A stretch of 63,249 nucleotides of DNA, the filler included, from Octopus bimaculoides (taxonomy: Eukaryota): NCBI RefSeq assembly GCF_001194135.2. It is 5 parts of 5 records of this genome, joined end to end, with 100 filler letters (N's around TTAATTAATTAA, not from the genome) between each part and the next. Parts side by side here need not be neighbours in the genome. Positions count along the whole stretch, not along the records: positions 48,502 to 63,249 come from NC_068985.1; 4 more parts are not named here. One strand, given 5' to 3'. The notes under the pieces were generated by a model, which was given only the letters and a program-made list of their open reading frames with translations, had not been told where the DNA came from and searched no databases. The translations under genes were made by a program, and so were the position numbers. Positions 52,224 to 63,249 of this stretch are shown here, piece after piece. Each line of letters begins with the position of its first letter. The stretch's first letter is position 1.

Positions 52224-52683
52224 NNNNNNNNNNNNNNNNNNNNNNNNNNNNNNNNNNNNNNNNNNNNNNNNNNNNNNNNNNNNNNNNNNNNNNNNNNNNN
52301 NNNNNNNNNNNNNNNNNNNNNNNNNNNNNNNNNNNNNNNNNNNNNNNNNNNNNNNNNNNNNNNNNNNNNNNNNNNNNNNNNNNNNNNNNNNNNNNNNNNN
52401 NNNNNNNNNNNNNNNNNNNNNNNNNNNNNNNNNNNNNNNNNNNNNNNNNNNNNNNNNNNNNNNNNNNNNNNNNNNNNNNNNNNNNNNNNNNNNNNNNNNN
52501 NNNNNNNNNNNNNNNNNNNNNNNNNNNNNNNNNNNNNNNNNNNNNNNNNNNNNNNNNNNNNNNNNNNNNNNNNNNNNNNNNNNNNNNNNNNNNNNNNNNN
52601 NNNNNNNNNNNNNNNNNNNNNNNNNNNNNNNNNNNNNNNNNNNNNNNNNNNNNNNNNNNNNNNNNNNNNNNNNNNNNNNNNNN

Positions 52684-52740
52684 TACACGACTGCGCCTAC
52701 ACGACTGCGCCTACACGACTGCGCCTACACGACTGCGCCT
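52684..52740. repeat. 14-bp minisatellite (TACACGACTGCGCC)x4, continuing into the gap
   Basis: Read directly from the sequence. Confidence 0.95.
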
Positions 52741-52875
52741 TACAAAGAAATAAAAAAAGAACAACCAGCTCAAAACTACCAGAAATACCACTACCCTAAC
52801 CAACATCAAGACCCTTCTTTTAACTAATACCCTAATACAAATACTAGTTTCTTTGTAAGCCTAGTACTTATTCTA

Positions 52876-55212
52876 CAGGTTGTGCAGTGGGTAGTATGGA
52901 TGTGATTTCACTCTACCTATCTATAGACAGATTTTGCGGTGGAGAAATGCATTCAGGTAATCTGTGAGAGTGAGGTGGAATTCTGTAAGTTCAACACGAG
53001 GGAACTGGGCCTCCTCCTCAGACTATGCTATGACAGTAACTATTTAGAAGACCATGACCTCAGTAGATTCTGCCCCACCAGGTCACAGAGGGGAAGACCA
53101 CCCACCATCACTTCAACAGTGAAGAAAATCACCAGAGAGCGGTGGAGTGGCTGTACCGCACCCACCCAAACCCTGAGAACAACAATCAGGTGAAAGAAAT
53201 GATTGCACATGCAATAAGGGCCAGTGTAAAAATAACCTTGAAAAACCACAGTAAAGTTTAACAAAAAATTATACATGCAGGTTCAAGGTGCAGCCATCGG
53301 TGCAGCTGGAGATGTGGCTGGCTTCTTCATGACTTGCTGGGCCAGAAAACTTAAACAAATGTTAGCAGAACAATCCACAACTCTTCTACTCTACAGTAGA
53401 TATGTAGATGACATTAATACCTTAGTTAGGACCAACTTTAGTGACGATAATGTAGAAACTGAGAAGAACGTAATGGAGAGCATCCAGCAAATAGCTAACT
53501 CCATCCACCAAAGTATCAAGGTAACTATAGATTACTCCACTAAGCACCCCAACAATAGACTCCCTGTACTTGATACTGAACTTTGGTTAGAGACTGTGAG
53601 CAATAGAGTGCAGCCCCTCCACTTCTATTACATGAAACCATTAACTTCAAAATATGTTGTTCACAAGAACTCAGCTTTGTCACACAACATGAAAATTAAC
53701 ATACTGATAGTAGAATAATGAACAATGTGTCCCCACTATGGGAATCCTATGAAACGAGAAAACATACAGAACTTCATGCACCGCATGCAGTTCTCTGCAT
53801 TTGATCAGAAAGATAGGGTTCGAGTATACAGGGGTGCTAGAAAGAAATTAGACAACATTATACGTAATGATACCAGTGCTACCTACCCTAGATATAGAAA
53901 CAAAGAATGAAATAGGATACAAAGAACTTGTGACAAAGCGAACACGTGGTATAAAACCGACAAATATCAAGGAGTGATGTTTGTAGAGGCCACAGCCCAT
54001 GGAGAACTAGCCCGTAGATTTAGAAAAGCTCTGAAGGAGACCAAACTCAACATAAAGATTGCTGAAAAGCCAGGGAACTCCGTCAGATCACAACTATGTA
54101 GGACGTACCCCTTTGAGAATACCATATGCACCAATGATAACTGCATGGTATGTAGGATTATCCCTGGCATTAACTGTAGAACTCGCTCGAAATATAGTTT
54201 ACCGCATAAGATGCATAGAAGGGGCTTGTAAAGACATGAACATGGCGTACATAAGTGAGACATCTAGGAGCATTGCGGAACGACTAAATGAACATCTGAG
54301 ACAATATGACGACAAAAACCAATCCTCCATACTCTACCAACATACCAAAACCACCATGGAAGCAACTTGGGTCAACTTGACATCCACATCTTATCCAAGC
54401 ACCCAAAAGACCCAACACTCAGACAAATACAGGAGCACATCCTTATAAATGAAACTTCCCCAGTACTAAATAGGAAATATACATAGTAGATATCATACCC
54501 CCATACTCACGGTTTACACAGGTAGAGTAGAATAGTTAGTGAGCTGTTATGTAGATCAATGTATGTGTTTGTGGGGGTGTATATGTGTGTGTGCACATGT
54601 ATGTAAGCATATAGATATGAAAATAAACAGATCAATATACAGACGGATAGGTACATAGGTAATATGAACAGACAAGCACACATACGCAAATGGAGACTGA
54701 AACACATGACCATATATACACACACACTTTACTTCACACAAGGACACATATGGAGACACGTGTCCACACATATGGAAATGCACACCCATACATACAAACA
54801 TGGTACATAGTTGCAAATCACACGCACGCACAGACATGCACACACAAGGGAACAGAGGTACATACATATACAAGCACACGCTCACACACACACATACAAA
54901 ATACACAAACACGGACATACAAGCACATGAATATGCAGAATACATACATACAGATGCACACATGTATACATTCATACATGCATGCATAGGCACACACACA
55001 TACAAACACACACACACTGACCCACACACATGCGCACAAACAAACAAAAAGGAACGCAGTGTAAATAACGGACAGAGACAAGACTATTGAAAAGGTTGCA
55101 AGACGCAACGATAATTTTAGGAAAATAAAAATAGGAAATAAGTGGAAATTTTACCGGTGAATGTGTTAAATTATAAGGCACAAAAATAAAATGACTCTCC
55201 CCAGACACAACA
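52876..55212 (+). mobile_element. Penelope-like retroelement copy 2: 5'-truncated, frameshifted RT + GIY-YIG + 3' terminal region; lies in the GST intron, antisense to the gene
   Basis: Motifs VGSMDVISLY, QVQGAAIG, LYSRYVDD and NIVYRIRC...AYISETSRSIAERLNEH. It is the reverse complement of copy 1 out to CCAGACACAACA (55212). Confidence 0.92.
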
Positions 55213-56408
55213 GAATATGCTTCAACACACGAACTCACATAAAGAATCTTGCAAACCAAATCCAAAAACGAAATATATATATATATATATATATATATAT
55301 CGTCATAAATATACAGGGATTAGCATTGAGTTGCTTCTCCAACATACTGAAAATTTAGAAATAGCAGTCAAAGAACTACTGATTCTAGACTACAAATTTT
55401 TCTCTAAACGGATGGCGATATTTATGGCACACATAGAACAAAAAAGCGGAGGGAAAAGCGTAAACAAAACAAGTCTTTAGTTAATTGGGTACGAATCGTT
55501 TCATGGTTAAGCGAATGAAAATTTCACTATTCCAATCTTCAGTCCAAATATTCTGATAAATTTGAAAGTGTCTCTAAAAAAATTCACGGTAATTTTTGGC
55601 CATGCGACACCATATCCAAGAAAGTTAGGGGTTGTGAATCCAACCCACTAAGGAATAATATCTATCCAATATACTGCTGGAAGAATACCCCNNNNNNNNN
55701 NNNNNNNNNNNNNNNNNNNNNNNNNNNNNNNNNNNNNNNNNNNNNNNNNNNNNNNNNNNNNNNNNNNNNNNNNNNNNNNNNNNNNNNNNNNNNNNNNNNN
55801 NNNNNNNNNNNNNNNNNNNNNNNNNNNNNNNNNNNNNNNNNNNAAAAATAGGAAATAAGTGGAAATTTTACCGGTGAATGTGTTAAATTATAAGGCACAA
55901 AAATAAAATGACTCTCCCCAGACACAACAGAATATGCTTCAACACACGAACTCACATAAAGAATCTTGCAAACCAAATCCAAAAACGAAATATATATATA
56001 TATATATATATATATATCGTCATAAATATACAGGGATTAGCATTGAGTTGCTTCTCCAACATACTGAAAATTTAGAAATAGCAGTCAAAGAACTACTGAT
56101 TCTAAACTACAATTTTTTCTTTAAACGGATGGCGATATTTATGGCACACATAGAACAAAAAAGCGGAGGGAAAAGCGTAAACAAAACAAGTCTTTAGTTA
56201 ATTGGGTACGAATCGTTTCATGGTTAAGCGAATGAAAATTTCACTATTCCAATCTTCAGTCCAAATATTCTGATAAATTTGAAAGTGTCTCTAAAAAAAT
56301 TCACGGTAATTTTTGGCCATGCGACACCATATCCAAGAAAGTTAGGGGTTGTGAATCCAACCCACTAAGGAATAATATCTATCCAATATACTGCTGGAAG
56401 AATACCCC
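55124..56408. repeat. ~565-bp near-identical tandem duplication across an N gap (55124-55691 vs 55844-56408), probable assembly or haplotype artefact
   Basis: The copies differ at only a few bases and flank the gap at 55692-55843. Confidence 0.75.
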
Positions 56409-57437
56409 ATTATTATTACATTAGTGTTTTCCCTTTGTATTACCAAGTGCAATAAATGGGTGCGGGTAAAAGGATATTTTACCCTTAATTTATATAGCAA
56501 TAAGAAAATGGAGGGGAATAGGTGGTATTCATCAACTTGCAGACATGGAATTGTGTCAATTTACCTGTTTATTTGTTAACTAAGAGGACAATAATAACAA
56601 TATACAAACGTCGCATGCATACATACATACATACATACATACATACAAACACACACACACATACATATATATAATATATGCATATATATATGTATATGTT
56701 TATAAATATATATATATATGTGTGTGTGTGTATATGTAGTTATATATATATATATATGGGCGTGTGTGTATGCATGTGTGTGTGTGTGTGTGTGTGTAAA
56801 AGTGAGTTAGAGAACAAGAGAAGGAGAAAGAGCGATACAAAGAGCGAGAAAGGGAGAGTTTGGGAGAGAGAGAGGGAGAGAGAGAAATGAACTGAGTAGT
56901 GACGGCGAGCTTGAACATCAACGATGTGATTGAGAGAAAATGCCACAGGTGAGCGTGTTTTACTGAACAGAAATACAGTAAGGTCTCATCTATGTGATAT
57001 AATGCCTGAAATATACCTGCTGCTTTCAGCTGTAAGCTTTAAAGATTAGGTTAACTCTAATATTCATTGTTTACACGGTTCAAAAATGTTAATATGCGCA
57101 TGAGACTTATTGAAGTTATCTCCTATTACTTCCTGTGTTTAAATCTTAAACATTCATAGGTGGGATTCTCTACGAATTATGTGGATAATTTTAGTTGATC
57201 GAAGTCTTTGAGCTCAAAATGTTAAATCGGTCGTTGGAAAAAGTCGTCGCTCAGATGTGTGTGAGGAACAACTTTTACCAACCACCGTTTTTTCTAAATG
57301 TCCTGATGAAGGAGTCTTCACCCCAAAATATAGAAATACAAGGTAAAACTGCATCTTTGTTTTGTTTTATTTTCCTTCTGTAATTTACTTTGTGCCTTCT
57401 CGTATTATTCCGGCCTTACACAACAATCTTCTTTAAA

Positions 57438-57468
<31 letters not shown>

Positions 57469-57670
57469 AGAGAGCAGTGCATGCCATCAAAGTGACACTG
57501 GGATAAAATATACGAAGCCCATTATACCCATCATGACTACCCTTCTGATAAGGGTACACCAGGCACATGCATCACAACCATATGTGTGTGACATTGTGAT
57601 CTCATATCAAGATAAACAGCGCATGACCTCGCATGACCTCGCATGACCTATGTATGTATGTATGTATGAA

Positions 57671-57721
<51 letters not shown>

Positions 57722-58173
57722 ATATGTATGTATGTCTGTTTATTCTAGTATTATGATAAAGAGTAACATATTTATTTAATTAACGCTTTAATTACTGCTT
57801 TGCTGATAATGCATTTTCCGTGCATTTTCCCACGGGTACGAATTAGTTTTAAATATTCTAAACTGAGTATGCATCCCAGATAACCACCATTTCTCTGCAG
57901 TGAGAGGTCACAGCTCCAGTACTATGGGCATGTGATTAGATTCTTCAAGTCGAATAAACCGGCAGGAGACCTAAGCGAGATGAATAATATCCGTAGTCTC
58001 AGTTGGTCACGTTTGGGAATCCCACCGGAAAGTGTAATGATAGCTGCTTCTGCTAGAACCTTGTGAAGGAGTTGCATGACGACTCTACTCCGACGAGCGA
58101 CCTCTCTTCACGCATTAGGAATAGTAGGTGGAGAAGTTGGTTGGCTAATGGATATTTTAACCATCAAACTTAC

Positions 58174-58272
58174 GGAATTCCCCACTATGTACAGCTGGCC
58201 AGGTTCCAGCTTGCTTTCCACATATTCAAGAACTCTTTCACAAACTTCATTGTATCTTTCTGTCACTTTCTT
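58174..58272 (-). CDS. Internal (penultimate) exon of a sigma-class glutathione S-transferase / S-crystallin-family gene
   Basis: 99-nt phase-0 exon translating KKVTERYNEVCERVLEYVESKLEPGQLYIVGNS. It has a poly-pyrimidine tract plus AG acceptor at 58274-58273 and a GTAAGT donor at 58173-58168. It resembles the segment of cephalopod sigma GST that ends in ..FFVGNS. It is absent from the ORF track. Confidence 0.85.
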
Positions 58273-59117
58273 CTAAAAAAAAAAAAAGAAAAAAAATTAA
58301 AAACATAATAGAAATTAAACTGAATATTATACATGCAGGGTAAAGTAGTGAACTGACAGAATGGTTAACTCGTCGGAAAAAATGCTTAGCGGCATTTCGT
58401 CCGTCTCTATAATCCTTTTTTTTTTACTAGTTTTAGTACGTTAATTGCGTCACTGCAATTATATACGGGNNNNNNNNNNNNNNNNNNNNNNNNNNNNNNN
58501 NNNNNNNNNNNNNNNNNNNNNNNNNNNNNNNNNNNNNNNNNNNNNNNNNNNNNNNNNNNNNNNNNNNNNNNNNNNNNNNNNNNNNNNNNNNNNNNNNNNN
58601 NNNNNNNNNNNNNNNNNNNNNNNNNNNNNNNNNNNNNNNNNNNNNNNNNNNNNNNNNNNNNNNNNNNNNNNNNNNNNNNNNNNNNNNNNNNNNNNNNNNN
58701 NNNNNNNNNNNNNNNNNNNNNNNNNNNNNNNNNNNNNNNNNNNNNNNNNNNNNNNNNNNNNNNNNNNNNNNNNNNNNNNNNNNNNNNNNNNNNNNNNNNN
58801 NNNNNNNNNNNNNNNNNNNNNNNNNNNNNNNNNNNNNNNNNNNNNNNNNNNNNNNNNNNNNNNNNNNNNNNNNNNNNNNNNNNNNNNNNNNNNNNNNNNN
58901 NNNNNNNNNNNNNNNNNNNNNNNNNNNNNNNNNNNNNNNNNNNNNNNNNNNNNNNNNNNNNNNNNNNNNNNNNNNNNNNNNNNNNNNNNNNNNNNNNNNN
59001 NNNNNNNNNNNNNNNNNNNNNNNNNNNNNNNNNNNNNNTCTCCTCTCGGTGAAGTATAGCCTGATCTAAAGATCTTTGTAAGTTGCCGAATTTCACAGAT
59101 AATGACATAATTACCTC

Positions 59118-59400
59118 GTGCTACGGATGAAAGCAAAGCAACAGTTAAGGAGTGGCATATTTTACCACGACAGACACGTACACAGCATCGAATACCACGA
59201 TGTGAGTGAAAGCTGCTCTCACTGTATTGTCCGGTGTCTGGTAATCCCTTCGATACCGACATCAAACCAAAAAAAGAATCCTGACCACAGAGTGTGGGTA
59301 ATTATGTCAAAGGTCACTGGCAATGTGCATTCAGCTGATTGCAACTGTTAAAGCAAGTCACTGAGCATGCGTACATGTCATACGGGAGAGTTTCAATCAG
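59118..59400 (+). pseudogene. Fragment of a SWIM zinc-finger protein, probably transposon-derived
   Basis: Translates YHDVSESCSHCIVRCLVIPS...PDHRVWVIMSKVTGNVHSADCNC; after a 1-nt frameshift KASH*ACVHV completes a CxC...CxH motif. Confidence 0.55.
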
Positions 59401-59761
59401 GGGTGGATAACAACCTTATAGGAACCCCCTATATTTCGATGACATATCCGATACTAATTTATTCAAACGTGGTATGGTGCAATAAACATGATTATTTAAT
59501 AAAGGAAATTATACTTTATCAAAAAAAGTTCTTGAGAATACTGGAAGGAACACATCGCTCAGTACATATCAGTTCGCTTTTTCAAAGAATAAAAATAAAA
59601 ATACAAGATTTCAAATATCTTCCAAATCATTCATTACGAAAAAGCTATCATTGTTTGCTCATAAACGCTAACTTGATATGTATGCAATGACCAACTTCGA
59701 AATGAATAGTAAGGAAAATAGAAATCAGAACAAAATATTCATTGATAGGATTAAACTAAAT

Positions 59762-59996
59762 CAGTGGTTCTGAACCAGTTTTTGTTTATGGACCCCTTGG
59801 ATTCATATCTTACTTTACTGGACTTCCATAGCTTTTCAAAGTATAATAAACAAATTCCTACTGCATTATTATAATTAGATATTATTAGGAACTGTATAAA
59901 AATTATAATATCTAGTATATTGTAGAACTACAAGCAATTTACTGCACATAAATATTAACACCAAAATTTCATATGGATTCCGGTTGAGAACCACTG
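59762..59996. mobile_element. Non-autonomous hAT (Charlie-like) MITE
   Basis: 15-bp TIRs CAGTGGTTCTGAACC / GGTTGAGAACCACTG with one mismatch. No clean 8-bp TSD. Confidence 0.75.
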
Positions 59997-60774
59997 GTCT
60001 TCTAAATAGATCGAAGAAAATGTTAGATTTTGTTGGATGTTCTGCGTACAATGGTTTGCCTGATGATATCAAAGCTACACAAAATAGAATACTTTTTAGC
60101 GAAAGCTAGGGAAGAATATTGATAATGAGATGGAGAATGCAGTGTAGGGTCAAGGTTTGTTGATCCCGCCTTGAAGTTGAATATTTTCTTTGTCCACGTG
60201 CCATTCTTTCACTAGGAATAGTAACGTACATTGTTCTATTTTCTTATTGATTAGAATAAACTTTATTACTTCTACTCAGGTGTCGTCAATAAGGTAACAA
60301 TTAAGTTATAATGTTCACAGAATATATTATGGTTATAGTTGTACACATGATTGTCTCTGGCCGATAGGCTGAACACCAGTAGGCGTCTCTAGCCTAACTA
60401 AAATAACAATAACTTATGTGCACCAGTAGACGTCATAGCCTGTTTAGAAGTGGTTGTAAATACTGAAGTGAGGTAGATATTGGACATAACGGAAGATGGT
60501 CCATGGTAGATGGCTGATGGGGTGGGTAGGGCAGGTGCATCACCGCCGACAGAAGGTGCCTATTGCAGCGCTCCTTACTACCCAAACAGAAAAGGATTCT
60601 GTTGAGAAATAAATTAAAAGTTGCAGAGACACGTCATATATTTTTTAGTTATATCTTTGTATTATATTAGGATCATAGCTTATGGTGTTTTGACTGGGAC
60701 TCTCTTAGTTGTAAATAAATATCCAGCATGGTTCTAGTAGGAATTAAAACTGGTGCTTTGAAGAGAGAGAGATG

Positions 60775-60832
<58 letters not shown>

Positions 60833-62199
60833 GTTATTATTATTATTGTTGTTGTTGTTGTTGTTGTTGTTGTTATTATTATTGTCGTTGTTATATCTGA
60901 ATAATTTCTTTTTCTGTACACCAGTTTTGTTTTATTTGATTTTTAATAAACCCAAGATGATGGTGGTACGGGGTCGAAAATTTTTTGGGGGGAAAATCAT
61001 GTAAGGGTGTCTGCACAAAGTAGTCTTTGCAGTCACGCTTCTAAGGGATCTAGCTTTTTTCATTCGCAAAATATGCATTTTTTAAAAGGAAGTAAAAAAT
61101 CTGAAAATCGGCTATAATAATGTAGTTTTTCAGTCTCATTGCTATGAAGGTGTGATGTTGTGGACAAAAAAATGGAGGAAAAATTACAGAGGTTTAAAAA
61201 TCTGAAAAACTCTGTATTTTCAGCTAATAGTGTGACAGAAATTTTGTGCGTTTAGCGGAGCGGTGTCAACTTTAAGGTTGTGCCCTGTGAAATTTATAGT
61301 TTAGCATCTGTGATAGGAACTGTTCATTGTAGGTTTCTAAATAAACAAAAATACATAATGAGATCAGCATGCATCATCTTACTGATACATAATGAGATCA
61401 GCATGCATCATCTTGTGAACCACAACACACTTTAAGTCCAAATAACATCAGATTCCTTAATTTACGAGATAAAATAATTGGTTGTACGAAATCAAAATTC
61501 AGAGTTGCATCGATACACCAAAATTGAAAGCAATCTGAGCAAAATTAAAGGTGGCTCATTTTGTAAATGAAAAAGACTAGATCTGTTCTAAGTAATAATG
61601 TGTGAACTGTGGAAGGGTTAGTATAATGAATATATTCAAAAGTAAGATTCCTACCTTCAAACTTTCCGTACAGGTTTCTAGTTGAATAAGAGCGTTCAAA
61701 ATATGCATTACACATTCTACAACTTCATCAATAACGTATTCTTCATAAACGGTTTTACCGTAGAAACCTGGTAATAGGCAAAGAAATATATGAAATAAAA
61801 ATTATTTCAAAACGTAAAAAACAGAAGTACAGGGCGGTGAGTTGAAAATTACTCTAAATCAAGTCAAATGTCTTAACTTAAAGAAATAGAAGTCACATAT
61901 CACTCAAACCACACTCCATTGTCTTAGAAAAGTATGAATTACAGCCAGCTGTTATTCTAAAGCAGATATGATCTGGTGTTGTGTGCCGTCATTTCTACTA
62001 TTGTTTTGGGCACCTAAATAGTTGCGAGCAGATATAAACATCCGCTCACCCCTCATCCTTTATATTTGATCCAAAGGATCATTATGAATGTGACAGCTGG
62101 AGGTAAACAGAGCTGCACTAGCACATGGTTCAAATACAAAACGGTTGTCCGGCCACGGAATTGGACCGACGACTTTACCAAACCACTAGGCCACGTAGA

Positions 62200-62500
62200 T
62201 CCAGCCTGAGAAAAGGACGCATTAGAAATTTACTTTGGTTGGGCCATGTACACAGGATGGACAACAACAGGCTCCCCAGACAAATCCTTTACACCCAACT
62301 GTGTAAGGGGAAAAGAGACCAGGGAAGAACTAGACTAAGATTCAAAGATACTGTAAAAAGGAACATGAAGTGGAAAGGAATTGATCATAATAAATGGCAA
62401 ACTCAAGCAAAAACCCGACCAGTATGGAGAAAGCCAACCAAGTCATGCCAAAACTATCAACAGGCATAATCGTGACGACTGACTGCAGATGATAGATAAT
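62200..62500 (+). mobile_element. 5'-truncated RTE-clade LINE 3' end
   Basis: Translates LLWLGHVHRMDNNRLPRQILYTQLCKGKRDQGRTRLRFKDTVKRNMK...W, a typical RTE ORF C-terminus. Confidence 0.88.
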
Positions 62501-63204
62501 GAGTTTTAGAGTCGAGAGTTTGCTCTTACACTTCCTCATTCCCTTCCCTTTATCTCCTTCAGCCATGTATCTCCTCTATAGCAAGATATCTGCGCTTGTC
62601 TCTCTATCATACTTTAACCTTTTGGTGCCTGGCATAAAGCCACCCACCTCCGCTTTGCCTCTCGAATACTCCTCTCTTAGCTTTTTCCTTATTCCCTGTT
62701 TTTATTTACTTATTTATTTATTTATTTTTATCTTACATGTTACACGGCAACCTAACTAGTAGCGGTAGCACGAAAAAGGCACCTAATTGTTTCCCTATGC
62801 ACAGGAAAAAGACTGAATGGTTACGGTTCGACTGCTTTTGATCACAGATCTCTTCAATCAAAGCTAACAATAAGCTTAAACAACAGCAACGTATACGACG
62901 AGAAAAGTAACAGCTACAATTTGTGTTAGAATGAGTGCCGACACATTTAATACTTGCCATATAACCTTCCTAAATAACGAATGATCGCCATGCTCTGACT
63001 CAAAACTGTAGTGCCGTCAATAATGAGTACGGGAATTGCTTTAGAAGGTATACCTATAGATAAACCACATTTTCAAGTTAATTAGAAATATAGAGGAAAC
63101 AAACAAAGGCGGTTTTATCGTTCGTCCTATATACATACACAGACATCCTAAAAGTAAATAGACACCTCTTCTTTTATATATATGTATATGTGTGTGCATA
63201 TTTG

Positions 63205-63249
<45 letters not shown>

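Noticed and set aside
57295-57340. CTGATGA-AGGAG..CCCC-AAAA possible hammerhead
   Set aside because: GAAA is mutated and both stems are poor. It may be a relic but cannot be supported.
59039-59108. Minus-strand FGNLQRSLDQAILHREE as an upstream GST exon
   Set aside because: The similarity is weak, there is no convincing acceptor, and the plus strand is better explained by the SWIM fragment.
60920-61280. Possible DNA-transposon end finishing in ..GTGTCAACTTTAA
   Set aside because: No partner inverted repeat was found in the window.

Overview
AT-rich, gap-ridden eukaryotic genomic DNA, most likely an octopus. That assignment is an inference from the SINE families, the microsatellite load and a cephalopod-type GST. 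Only one host gene is supported: two minus-strand exons of a sigma-class glutathione S-transferase / S-crystallin-family gene (58174-58272 and 52080-52223). The rest is mobile DNA: at least four tRNA-head SINE families, a further AAT-tailed repeat, two long Penelope-like element (PLE) copies plus a fragment, and remnants of RTE, R4/Dong and other RLE-type LINEs, Ty3/gypsy, Merlin and hAT, together with a U6 retrocopy. The most notable signal is a set of hammerhead-ribozyme motifs. One intact type I hammerhead (48879-48935) sits in a highly structured repeat whose two copies suggest a ~350-nt tandem or circular, retrozyme-like unit with fold-back ends. A non-canonical hammerhead-like motif lies in the 3' region of both PLE copies, and those copies form a long inverted repeat around the GST last exon. 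Almost all long ORFs in the supplied track are artefacts of N-runs and microsatellites. TE boundaries are approximate and identities were judged by eye; no searches were run.
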